DNA of 64,000 nucleotides from Negativicutes bacterium (GTDB lineage Bacteria; Bacillota; Negativicutes; UBA1444): NCBI GenBank assembly GCA_963665275.2, contig CAXXIN010000018.1, positions 192,001 to 256,000 of the forward strand, read 5' to 3'. Shown piece by piece: positions 50,948 to 59,940 of this stretch (position 1 is its first letter; each line of letters starts with the position of its first letter). The notes under the pieces were generated by a model. It saw only the letters and a program-made list of their open reading frames with translations, ran no database searches and was not told where the DNA came from. The position numbers and the translations under genes were made by a program.

Positions 50948-52900
50948 ATGCCGGATAAGAAATACAGGGAAATATCCTATGATATTTGGGAACGGTTCAC
51001 TAACGGCGGAGAGCTGGCCGCAGATATAAACCCAGTAATTGCAGCGTCATGGAAACGTTCCAGAGACTATGGGGTCGACCCTTTTGGCACTTCTTTGCCG
51101 GTTGAGGAACGGTTGCTCGTGAGCTTGCGTAGGGAAAACCGGATATTGCTCGACGTTGTGAAACCCTTCATTGGGTTAATTGAAAAGTTTATTCAAAATA
51201 CGGGCTTCATGTTAACTTTGGTGGATAAAGATGGTTTCCTGCTCGAAATTAAAGGGGATAGTGAAGCTCTCAAACGCGCTCATATAAGCCAGCTGGTGGA
51301 AGGCGCAAACCGCAGTGAAACGAAAGCGGGCACCAATGCCATCGGATTGGCCCTGACCGAGGATCGCCCCTTGCAGCTCGCCGGCCCGGAGCATTTCAAA
51401 CAATGCTATCATGACTGGACGTGCTCCGCTGCCCCCATCCATGATACAAGGGGCAAGATTCTAGGTGTATTGAATTTATCCGGCCACCGATCCCTGATTC
51501 ATAAGCATACCTTGGGAATGGTAACATCCCTTGCCCAAGATATTGAGAGGGAGTTGCGCATACAGGAACAGAATGCTGCTTTGCGGCTGGCCAATGAACA
51601 GCTCCAAGCGGTAATCGACTCGATAGCTGAAGGGGTCATAGCCGTTGATCAAAATGGCCGGATCATAGAAGCCAACGTGAAATTCCAAAAACTGTTTCAG
51701 GTGTCCAAAACTGAATTGCTGGGCAGGCAAATTGCGAACGTATTCTCTACACCCAGTTCTCTAACGGAGATCCTGCACACAGGCAAGGAATATTTCGACC
51801 GGGAGGAAATGATTACCCGCGCTGATTTCCACGTTTCCGCCATGACGACAGGTAGAAAAATCTTGAACGACAAAGCTGAAATCGTTGGTGCTGTGGAGAT
51901 TATCAAAGAGAAGAAAGATGTATACCGCCTGGTTAATAAATTAACCGGCGCCAAGGCAGTGTTTAACTTTGATAATATCGTGCATGAAGATCTGCAGATG
52001 GCCAATATTATCGACATGGCCAAATCGGTGGCTGAAACTGACACACGGGTATTGCTGGAAGCCGAAAGCGGAACCGGCAAGGAGTTGTTTGCCCAGGCTA
52101 TCCATAACGCCAGCCCGCGCCATAAGGGACCCTTTGTGGCAGTAAACTGCAGCGCCATTCCCCGGGAGCTGATTGAGAGCGAACTGTTCGGTTATTCTGA
52201 AGGAGCATTTACGGGGGCAAAAAAAGGCGGCAAACCTGGGAAGTTTGAACTGGCTGAGGGTGGAACGCTTTTTTTGGACGAGGTTAACAGCATGCCCTTG
52301 GACATGCAGGTGAAATTACTGCGTGTCCTGCAACAAAACGAAGTGACCCGCTTGGGTGGGGAGCAGCCAGTTCCTTTAAATGTGCGCATTGTCGCCGCCT
52401 CCAACAGATCGCTGGAGGAATTAGTGAGGGAGGGCCATTTTAGGCTGGATCTCTTTTATCGATTAGGCGTGGTGGTTTTGAAAATACCTCCTCTCAGGGA
52501 AAGGGTCAAAGACATTCCTGTTCTCTTCAAGCATTTGCTGCGAAAAATCAGTCACTCCATCGGTAAATCAGTGACCTGCAGCGAGGATGATATACTCCCC
52601 GCCTTATGCGCCTATGACTGGCCGGGAAATGTCCGTGAGATGGAAAATTATATCGAACGGGCCGTCGTTCTGGCCAGGGATGGCGTATTGACGGTCGGGC
52701 ATTTCCCAGAGAAACTTTGCCCTAAAGCTACTAAAGTGGGTGAAGTGAATCTGCATTACTTGGCTCTGAAAGAGAGAGAGTCTATCATCAAAATGATTGA
52801 AATGTATCATGGCAATATTTCGAAGGCTGCTAAAAACTTAGGCATTAGCAGGAATACGCTTTACGCCAAGCTTAAGTCTTATGGCATTGCCGCTGATTAA
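50948..52900 (+). CDS. acoR: AcoR-like GAF-PAS sigma54 enhancer-binding protein
   Basis: SWKRS, GTNAIGLAL..WTCSAAPI GAF domain, ESGTGKE, GAFTGA, HTH. Confidence 0.88.
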   Translation: MPDKKYREISYDIWERFTNGGELAADINPVIAASWKRSRDYGVDPFGTSLPVEERLLVSLRRENRILLDVVKPFIGLIEKFIQNTGFMLTLVDKDGFLLEIKGDSEALKRAHISQLVEGANRSETKAGTNAIGLALTEDRPLQLAGPEHFKQCYHDWTCSAAPIHDTRGKILGVLNLSGHRSLIHKHTLGMVTSLAQDIERELRIQEQNAALRLANEQLQAVIDSIAEGVIAVDQNGRIIEANVKFQKLFQVSKTELLGRQIANVFSTPSSLTEILHTGKEYFDREEMITRADFHVSAMTTGRKILNDKAEIVGAVEIIKEKKDVYRLVNKLTGAKAVFNFDNIVHEDLQMANIIDMAKSVAETDTRVLLEAESGTGKELFAQAIHNASPRHKGPFVAVNCSAIPRELIESELFGYSEGAFTGAKKGGKPGKFELAEGGTLFLDEVNSMPLDMQVKLLRVLQQNEVTRLGGEQPVPLNVRIVAASNRSLEELVREGHFRLDLFYRLGVVVLKIPPLRERVKDIPVLFKHLLRKISHSIGKSVTCSEDDILPALCAYDWPGNVREMENYIERAVVLARDGVLTVGHFPEKLCPKATKVGEVNLHYLALKERESIIKMIEMYHGNISKAAKNLGISRNTLYAKLKSYGIAAD

Positions 52901-52935
52901 TACTCACTGTCAAATTAATTGAATCTGGCATACGC

Positions 52936-52966
52936 AAAAACGTCCTGTGATACAGGACGTTTTTTT
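52936..52966 (+). terminator. intrinsic terminator
   Basis: AAAAACGTCCTGT-GAT-ACAGGACGTTTTTTT. Confidence 0.85.
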
Positions 52967-53129
52967 GTGCTCAAACAACGGCGAAGGATTGATCAATTTT
53001 TGAACAATAAACTGTTTAATGCGAAAAATATGAACAAGTCAGACGGATTTAAAAGATGTTGAGGGAAGCGTTCCAACGAAATAATGGCTATTCAGCCGGA
53101 TTCTACAAGAAAAAACATTAACCCGGTTT

Positions 53130-53145
53130 TGGCACGATTATTGCA
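53130..53145 (+). promoter_or_regulatory. sigma54 -24/-12 promoter
   Basis: TGGCAC-GATTA-TTGCA, consensus match. Confidence 0.9.
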
Positions 53146-53249
53146 TAAGTGTTACAACAATGAATAAAAAATGAGCAGAAGGGGGCTGGCATCAGATCGG
53201 TCCGGGTAAGAAGCTGTTTTAATCGTACGCTTTGAAAGGATGGGGTAAC

Positions 53250-54224
53250 ATGGCAGTAAAAAAGTATGAAAAAAAATTCCTCGGGGACTTGTATTCAACG
53301 ATGGTTCGGATCAGATTATTTGAGGAGCAGGTATTGGAATTCTACAAATACGGCAAGATGCCGGGCCTGGCACATCTGTATATCGGTGAAGAGGCAGTGG
53401 CGGCGGGTGCTTGTGCTGCACTCGACTCCGGCGATTATGCCGGCAGCACTCATCGCGGTCATGGACACGTAATTGCCCAGGGGGCTGACGTGAACCGTAT
53501 GATGGCTGAAATATTGGGCAAGAAAGATGGTCAATGCGGCGGCAAGGGTGGTTCCATGCACATCATGGACATGAGCAAGGGAATTCTCGGGGCCAACGGG
53601 ATTGTTGGCGGCGGCATACCCATTGCAACCGGCGCTGCTTATAAAGCTAAAGTAATGGGTACCAACCAAGTCGTCATCTCTTTCTTCGGGGACTCCGCGA
53701 GCAACGAGGGTACTTTCCACGAAAGTCTAAATATGGCTTCAGCTTGGAAGTTGCCGGTCGTTTATATTATCGAAAATAATCTCTATGGCATCTCCGTAGG
53801 GATTGAACGCGTTACTAACGTGAAAAATCTGTCCGACCGTGCTCATGGATATGGCATCAAGGGTATTTCGATCGATGGCAACGACGTATTGAAAGTCTAT
53901 GAGACGGTTAAGGAAGCGGTGGACTTTGCAAGAGCCGGCAATGGGCCGACTTTGATCGAGTGCAAAACCTATCGCTGGAAAGGGCATCATTCCGGGGACC
54001 CTGCCACGGCCTATCGAACCCGGGAGGAAGAAGATGCCTGGAAAGAAAAATGTCCCTGGAAATGCTTCCGTGGCTATCTGGAGACAAAAGGAAACTACAA
54101 GGGAGCGGAACTCGACCAGATGGAAGCTGATATTGCTGCGGAAATAAAGGCAGCGGCGGAATTTGCGGAAAAGAGCCCATACCCGGACCCTGCGGAAGCC
54201 TATACGGATATTTTTGCAGAATAG
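53250..54224 (+). CDS. ThDP-dependent dehydrogenase E1 alpha (acetoin dehydrogenase AcoA-like)
   Basis: HLYIGEEA, STHRGHGH, GKGGSMH, GANGIVGGG, GDS..ENNLYG, TYRWKGH. Confidence 0.92.
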   Translation: MAVKKYEKKFLGDLYSTMVRIRLFEEQVLEFYKYGKMPGLAHLYIGEEAVAAGACAALDSGDYAGSTHRGHGHVIAQGADVNRMMAEILGKKDGQCGGKGGSMHIMDMSKGILGANGIVGGGIPIATGAAYKAKVMGTNQVVISFFGDSASNEGTFHESLNMASAWKLPVVYIIENNLYGISVGIERVTNVKNLSDRAHGYGIKGISIDGNDVLKVYETVKEAVDFARAGNGPTLIECKTYRWKGHHSGDPATAYRTREEEDAWKEKCPWKCFRGYLETKGNYKGAELDQMEADIAAEIKAAAEFAEKSPYPDPAEAYTDIFAE

Positions 54225-54242
54225 AGAACGGAGGTCATAATA

Positions 54243-55235
54243 ATGGCGCAAGAAGTAAAAATGAAAGAAATTACCTATGCTCAAGCGGTTTGCGAGGCAT
54301 TAGACGAAGAAATGGCCAGGGATTCCAGTGTCGCATTGCTCGGTGAAGATGTGGGGATCATTGGTGGAAATTTCAAAACTTCGGTGGGATTACGTGATAA
54401 ATACGGCGACTGGCGTGTGAAAGACACGCCCATATCAGAGGCAGGCTTCGTGGGCATGGGGGTGGGGATGGCACTCACCGGTATGCGTCCGGTAATTGAA
54501 TTAATGTTCTGCGACTTTTTGGGGGTCTGCATGGATCAAATCTTCAATCAGGCAGCCAAAATCCGTTATATGTCAGGCGGCCAGGCCCAAGTTCCCTTGA
54601 CCGTCAGAATGCCGATGGGAGGCGGGCGCTCCTCGGCCGCCCAGCATTCCCAGAGTTTGCAGGCATGGGTGGCGCATATCCCGGGGCTCAAAGTCGTCCT
54701 GCCATCTTCCGCGGCGGAAGTGAAAGGTCTGCTAAAAACCGCGATCCGCGACAACAATCCGGTTATATTCTTCGAACATAAAATGCAATATAACAAAACA
54801 TTTTCTGTTCCGGTAGGAGAATATACCATTCCTTTCGGCAAGGCGAATATTGTCCATGTCGGTGACCAACTGACCATTGTCGCCACTTCGGATTTGGTGC
54901 TGAAGGCCAATGAAGCTGCGGTGGAATTGGCCAAAGATGGAGTTTTTGTTGAAGTGATCGACCTTCGTACCCTGGTGCCTCTTGATCGCCAGACCATCAT
55001 CGATTCGGTCAAGAAAACCGGCAAGTTGCTGATCCTGGACGAAGGCCATATCCAGTATGGCGTTCACGGAGAAATTGGCATGGGCATCATGGACGATATA
55101 TTCTACGATCTGGATATGCCAATCATGCGGATGGGCACGGGACAGACTCCCATTCCGTTCAGCCCGGCGCTGGAATTCCCGATTCTGGTGGATGTAAAAA
55201 AAATCTATGACAAAGCAAAAGAAATGACAAAATAG
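54243..55235 (+). CDS. ThDP-dependent dehydrogenase E1 beta (AcoB-like)
   Basis: GEDVG, DTPISE, DQIFNQAAK.RYMSGG, AAQHSQ, DLRTLVPLD. Confidence 0.92.
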   Translation: MAQEVKMKEITYAQAVCEALDEEMARDSSVALLGEDVGIIGGNFKTSVGLRDKYGDWRVKDTPISEAGFVGMGVGMALTGMRPVIELMFCDFLGVCMDQIFNQAAKIRYMSGGQAQVPLTVRMPMGGGRSSAAQHSQSLQAWVAHIPGLKVVLPSSAAEVKGLLKTAIRDNNPVIFFEHKMQYNKTFSVPVGEYTIPFGKANIVHVGDQLTIVATSDLVLKANEAAVELAKDGVFVEVIDLRTLVPLDRQTIIDSVKKTGKLLILDEGHIQYGVHGEIGMGIMDDIFYDLDMPIMRMGTGQTPIPFSPALEFPILVDVKKIYDKAKEMTK

Positions 55236-55274
55236 GCGACGCAGGGATGTACGGTCGCAGAGGAGGGAATATCG

Positions 55275-56630
55275 TTGGCTGAGTTTATCATCATGCCCAA
55301 ACTTGGATTCAATATGGATGTTGGCGAGCTGGTTAAATGGCGTAAGGCCGAAGGCGATACGGTCAAAAAAGAGGATGTCGTGTTCGAGATCCAGACGGAC
55401 AAGACAACGATGGAAATTGAATCGACAATCAGCGGGGTACTCTTGAAAATCCTGGTGGAAGAGGGACAAACCGTGCCGGTTATCATGCCGGTTTGTATTG
55501 TCGGCGAAGCTGGCGAGGATATCAGCGCCATGATTGCCGAAGCCGGGAGGCAACTCGGGATTGAGTCCACTGTGGCTGCGGAGCCGGCAGTAGAAGTTTC
55601 TGCCATTGCCGCACCAGAGGCAACCGTGGCAGCGGTCGTGCCGGGGGATTTGAAAATATCGCCCCGGGCGCAGAAGTATGCGACCGAGCACGGCTTGGAC
55701 CTGAGCAGCGCGGCCATTGTGGGAACGGGTTTCCAAGGCGGCATTATGCAACGGGATTTGGAACAGGCGGCGAAAGTTGGCAAAATCACACCACTGGCGA
55801 AAAAAATTGCTGCCGCAGCACAAGTTGACGTGACTGCCGTGAGTGGAACAGGCATCGGCGGCAAGATTGTGAAAGCGGATATTGAAGCTGTAACCAAAGT
55901 GCCCAAGGCAGCGGTCAATATTCCTGGCAGCGAAATCGAAGTTCTGCGTACACTTTCATACAGCGGGATGCGGAAAATAATCGGTGATCGCTTGTCCCAA
56001 AGCAAGTTCACGGCGCCGCATTTGTATTTCACTGCTGCAGTTGATGTTACGGAGCTGATCAAGTTCCGGGAAATGGTGAACAAATCCCAGCAGCAAAAAG
56101 TATCGTACAATGATTTTGTGATCGCGGCTGTATCTCAGGCACTGCAAAAACATCCGGAAATTAACTGCTCTCTCCAAGGTGAAAAAATTGTGCAGTACAA
56201 GGATGTCAACATTGGTATGGCAGTGGGAATGGAAAGCGGACTCATTGTTCCGGTCATCAAAAAAAGTCAAAGCAAGAAATTGACCGCCATTGCAGCCGAG
56301 ACGCAGGCCTTGGCCGAAAAAGCGCGCACCGGCAAGCTACTTCCACAGGATTATCAAGGCGGAACTTTTACGGTCAGCAATTTGGGCATGTTCGGCATTG
56401 AAAACTTCACGGCAATCATTAACCCGCCAGAGGCGGCTATTCTGGGTGTCGGCGCACTCAGGAAAACTCCAGTGGTCATCAGCAAAGATGGCGAAGATCA
56501 AATTGAGGTGCGCACGATCATGAACATCACCCTTTCGATCGATCACCGCCTGATTGACGGGATGAACGCTGTGAAGTTCATTAAAGACGTGCAGGGGCTG
56601 CTGGAAAATCCCTTGATCATTTTGATCTAA
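55275..56630 (+). CDS. dihydrolipoamide acyltransferase E2
   Basis: lipoyl domain TDKT, two E3-binding repeats, SNLGMFG, DHRLIDG. Confidence 0.95.
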   Translation: MAEFIIMPKLGFNMDVGELVKWRKAEGDTVKKEDVVFEIQTDKTTMEIESTISGVLLKILVEEGQTVPVIMPVCIVGEAGEDISAMIAEAGRQLGIESTVAAEPAVEVSAIAAPEATVAAVVPGDLKISPRAQKYATEHGLDLSSAAIVGTGFQGGIMQRDLEQAAKVGKITPLAKKIAAAAQVDVTAVSGTGIGGKIVKADIEAVTKVPKAAVNIPGSEIEVLRTLSYSGMRKIIGDRLSQSKFTAPHLYFTAAVDVTELIKFREMVNKSQQQKVSYNDFVIAAVSQALQKHPEINCSLQGEKIVQYKDVNIGMAVGMESGLIVPVIKKSQSKKLTAIAAETQALAEKARTGKLLPQDYQGGTFTVSNLGMFGIENFTAIINPPEAAILGVGALRKTPVVISKDGEDQIEVRTIMNITLSIDHRLIDGMNAVKFIKDVQGLLENPLIILI

Positions 56631-56652
56631 TTGATCTAACAGGAGTGAAAAT

Positions 56653-58026
56653 ATGAAACAGTTTGATATTGTAGTGGTCGGTGGCGGGCCTGGCGGATAT
56701 GTTGCCGCCATTAAGGCAGCTCAGGCAGGCAAGAAGGTCTGTCTGGTCGAGAAGAATAAACTTGGCGGTGTTTGCCTGAACTGGGGATGCATCCCCACTA
56801 AAACCTTACTTAAAAGTGTTGAGGTGTTGGATTCTATTCGGCATAGTGCCGACTTCGCTGTCACAGGTCTTGACACTTCTGCCGCTGCCATCGATATGGT
56901 GAAATTGCAGAAACGCAAAAACAGTATCGTTCAGAAGCTTACCGGTGGCGTAGGCATGTTGTTGAAGGCCAATGGCGTAACTGTAGTCAATGGGCAAGGG
57001 ACCTTCGTTGATGCCAATACTCTGGCCGTCGGGCCAGAGCAGATCAATGCCGATAAATTTATTATTGCCACCGGCTCCGTGCCTGTCAAACCGCCCATTC
57101 CCGTCAGCGGAACAGCGCCTGTTATCGGCAGCGATGAAGCCCTGGATTTGACAGAGGTACCCGCAAGCATGGTGATTATCGGCGGTGGGGTTATCGGTAT
57201 TGAGTTTGCTTATCTGTATGCCAGTCTGGGCGCTAAAGTGACGGTAATCGAGTTAATGGACCGCATCTTGCCGATGGTGGATAAGGAAATTACCGTTGAA
57301 GTGACAAAAATGCTGAGCGGCATGGGGATCAAGATCCTCACACAAGCCAAGGTAACCAAAATCGACGGCAACACGGTTCATTACGAGCTGGCGGGCGCCG
57401 AGGCCAGCGCAAGCGGCGACAAAATCCTGATGTCCGTCGGGCGGGCGCCAAATACGGAAAGCCTGAATCTGGAAGGCATCGGGATCGCAATGAACCGCCG
57501 TGCTATTAAAGTTAACCGGGCTATGCAAACCAATGTACCCGGCATTTATGCCATTGGGGATGTGAATGGTACGTCCATGCTGGCCCATACCGCGTCAATG
57601 GAGGGGATAGTGGCCGTAGAAAGCATTCTCGGTCACGAGGCATCGCTGGATTATGATAAGATTCCTTCTTGTATCTATATTCAGCCGGAGATCGCGGCAG
57701 TCGGCCTGACGGAAGAGCAGGCGCGGGAAAAATATGGCAACGTGCTGGTCGGGAAGTTCCCGATTGCCGCTAACGGCAAAGCCATGGTGCAAGGCGAAAC
57801 CCGCGGCCTGATCAAGGTAATACTGGAACCGAAATTTCAAGAAATCCTGGGTGTCCATATTTACGGACCCCATGCTACTGATCTAATCGCCGAAGTGGCA
57901 TTAGCAATGAATCTGGAAGCAACAGCAGAAGAGGTTGCCCTGTCGATTCATCCCCATCCGACGATTTCGGAAATTGTTCCTGAAGCATTTCATGCTGCTT
58001 TGGGTAAAGCCATTCACAACATTTAG
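56653..58026 (+). CDS. lpdA: dihydrolipoamide dehydrogenase E3
   Basis: GGGPGGY, CLNWGCIPTK, HPHPTISE. Confidence 0.95.
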   Translation: MKQFDIVVVGGGPGGYVAAIKAAQAGKKVCLVEKNKLGGVCLNWGCIPTKTLLKSVEVLDSIRHSADFAVTGLDTSAAAIDMVKLQKRKNSIVQKLTGGVGMLLKANGVTVVNGQGTFVDANTLAVGPEQINADKFIIATGSVPVKPPIPVSGTAPVIGSDEALDLTEVPASMVIIGGGVIGIEFAYLYASLGAKVTVIELMDRILPMVDKEITVEVTKMLSGMGIKILTQAKVTKIDGNTVHYELAGAEASASGDKILMSVGRAPNTESLNLEGIGIAMNRRAIKVNRAMQTNVPGIYAIGDVNGTSMLAHTASMEGIVAVESILGHEASLDYDKIPSCIYIQPEIAAVGLTEEQAREKYGNVLVGKFPIAANGKAMVQGETRGLIKVILEPKFQEILGVHIYGPHATDLIAEVALAMNLEATAEEVALSIHPHPTISEIVPEAFHAALGKAIHNI

Positions 58027-58052
58027 CGAAAATAAAGGAGCGTGGCATTCTT

Positions 58053-59501
58053 ATGATTACTGCACAACAATATGAAGATAGTCTCCGCAAGCTGAACCTC
58101 AAAGTCTATCTGCAAGGGGAACGGGTGGAAAACCCGGTGGATCACCCGATCATCCGCCCCTCTTTAAATTCAGTCAAAATGACCTATGAACTGGCGCAGG
58201 AACCCCAGTATGAAGATCTGATGACAGCTACATCCCACTTGACCGGGAAGAAGATCAATCGATTCTGCCACCTACACCAATCGACTGAAGATCTGGTGAA
58301 AAAAGTCAAAATGCAGCGTCTGCTGGGCCAAAAGACCGCCGCCTGCTTCCAGCGTTGCGTGGGCATGGATGCAATCAATGCCGTGGACAGTGTAACATTT
58401 GAAATGGATAAAAAGCTTGGAACGCCTTATCATAGTCGCTTTGAAAAATTCCTGCTGAAGATGCAGGAAGAAGACATGACCGTCGACGGCGCCATGACCG
58501 ATCCAAAAGGCGACCGCGGTTTGTCCCCCAGCCAGCAGGCCGATCCCGACCTGTTCGTCCATGTCGTGGAACGACGCGAAGACGGCATCGTGGTCAGCGG
58601 CGCCAAAGCGCATCAGACCGGCGCGATCAACTCGCACTGGATACTGGTCATGCCAACAATCGCCATGGGAAAAGAAGACGCCGATTACGCAGTCAGTTTC
58701 GTCGCGCCTGCCGATGCCGAAGGCGTTTTCTACATCTATGGACGCCAATCCTGCGACACCCGAAAACTGGAAGGCGGAACCATTGACGTAGGAAACAAAC
58801 AGTTTGGCGGACACGAAGCGCTGATGGTCTTCGATAATCTGTTCATTCCCTGGGAGAACGTTCTCATGTGCGGCGAATATGAATTCAGCGGCGCTCTGGT
58901 CGAGCGGTTCGCCGGCTATCACCGCCAAAGCTACGGCGGCTGCAAAGTCGGTGTAGGCGATGTCCTCATCGGGGCGGCGGCTCTGGCGGCCGACTATAAT
59001 GGCGCACACAAAGCTTCGCATCTCAAGGACAAACTCATTGAGATGGTGCATCTGAACGAAACTTTATACGCCTGCGGCATTGCATGCTCGGCAGAAGGTA
59101 CGAAAACCGCTTCCGGCAACTACATCATTGATCTTATGCTGGCTAATGTCTGCAAACAGAACGTAACCAGATTTCCTTACGAGATTGCCCGCCTGGCCCA
59201 GGATATCGCCGGTGGACTGATGGTCACGATGCCTTCGGAAAAAGACCTCCGTCATCCGGAAATCGGCAAGGTGGTAGAGAAATATTTCAAAGGCATCGCT
59301 TCGGTTCCGACGGAGAACCGCATGCGCATCCTGCGTCTGGTCGAAAACCTGACCCTCGGAACGGCCGCAGTCGGGTATCTGACCGAATCAATGCACGGCG
59401 CAGGTTCACCGCAGGCGCAGCGCATCATGATCGCCCGGCAGGGTAATATGGAGCATAAAAAGGAACTGGCCAAGGCGATTGCCGGAATCCCCGCCAAATA
59501 A
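58053..59501 (+). CDS. abfD: 4-hydroxybutyryl-CoA dehydratase / vinylacetyl-CoA isomerase
   Basis: ACFQRCVGMD, MTDPKGDR, YHRQSYGGCK, ESMHGAGSPQAQR ([4Fe-4S]/FAD ligand motifs). Confidence 0.93.
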   Translation: MITAQQYEDSLRKLNLKVYLQGERVENPVDHPIIRPSLNSVKMTYELAQEPQYEDLMTATSHLTGKKINRFCHLHQSTEDLVKKVKMQRLLGQKTAACFQRCVGMDAINAVDSVTFEMDKKLGTPYHSRFEKFLLKMQEEDMTVDGAMTDPKGDRGLSPSQQADPDLFVHVVERREDGIVVSGAKAHQTGAINSHWILVMPTIAMGKEDADYAVSFVAPADAEGVFYIYGRQSCDTRKLEGGTIDVGNKQFGGHEALMVFDNLFIPWENVLMCGEYEFSGALVERFAGYHRQSYGGCKVGVGDVLIGAAALAADYNGAHKASHLKDKLIEMVHLNETLYACGIACSAEGTKTASGNYIIDLMLANVCKQNVTRFPYEIARLAQDIAGGLMVTMPSEKDLRHPEIGKVVEKYFKGIASVPTENRMRILRLVENLTLGTAAVGYLTESMHGAGSPQAQRIMIARQGNMEHKKELAKAIAGIPAK

Positions 59502-59543
59502 GCATCTCTTGGAAATAAGAAGCTGTTATTGGAAGGGGTATCG

Positions 59544-59825
59544 ATGGATAAAGTCACCCAGGTCATCGAACAAAAAATCCGCCCATTATTGCAGGAGCAC
59601 CAGGGTGACCTTGAATTGGTGGAGATCACCGCTGACGGTTATGTGAAAGTACGGCTGACCGGGGCATGCGCTGCATGCCCCGGAGCCCAGCAAACGCTGT
59701 CCGAGATCGTCGAAGCCAAGTTGACGGAAGCCTGTCCGGAAATCAGAGGAGTAATCGCTGTCCACCAAGTCAATGAGGATTTAATACAAGAGGCTTTGAA
59801 GATTTTGCGCAAGGACCGCAAATAG
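59544..59825 (+). CDS. NifU/Nfu-type Fe-S carrier
   Basis: IRP.L..HQGDLELV, LTGACAACP. Confidence 0.9.
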   Translation: MDKVTQVIEQKIRPLLQEHQGDLELVEITADGYVKVRLTGACAACPGAQQTLSEIVEAKLTEACPEIRGVIAVHQVNEDLIQEALKILRKDRK

Positions 59826-59940
59826 GATCGATCATAGTTAATATGCAAAAAGCAGGTCAGTATTAAGTTTTGTGGTAGATGTGACCGGAGAATTGACCTT
59901 GCTGATATAGCTCCAAATTAATAAAAAATGGGGGATTATC

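Noticed and set aside
54732-56110. 363-aa and 301-aa minus-strand ORFs
   Set aside because: Antisense shadows of E1 beta and E2.
53250-58026. Calling the complex a housekeeping pyruvate dehydrogenase
   Set aside because: sigma54/AcoR control, AcoA-like motifs and apparent co-transcription with abfD; substrate left open.
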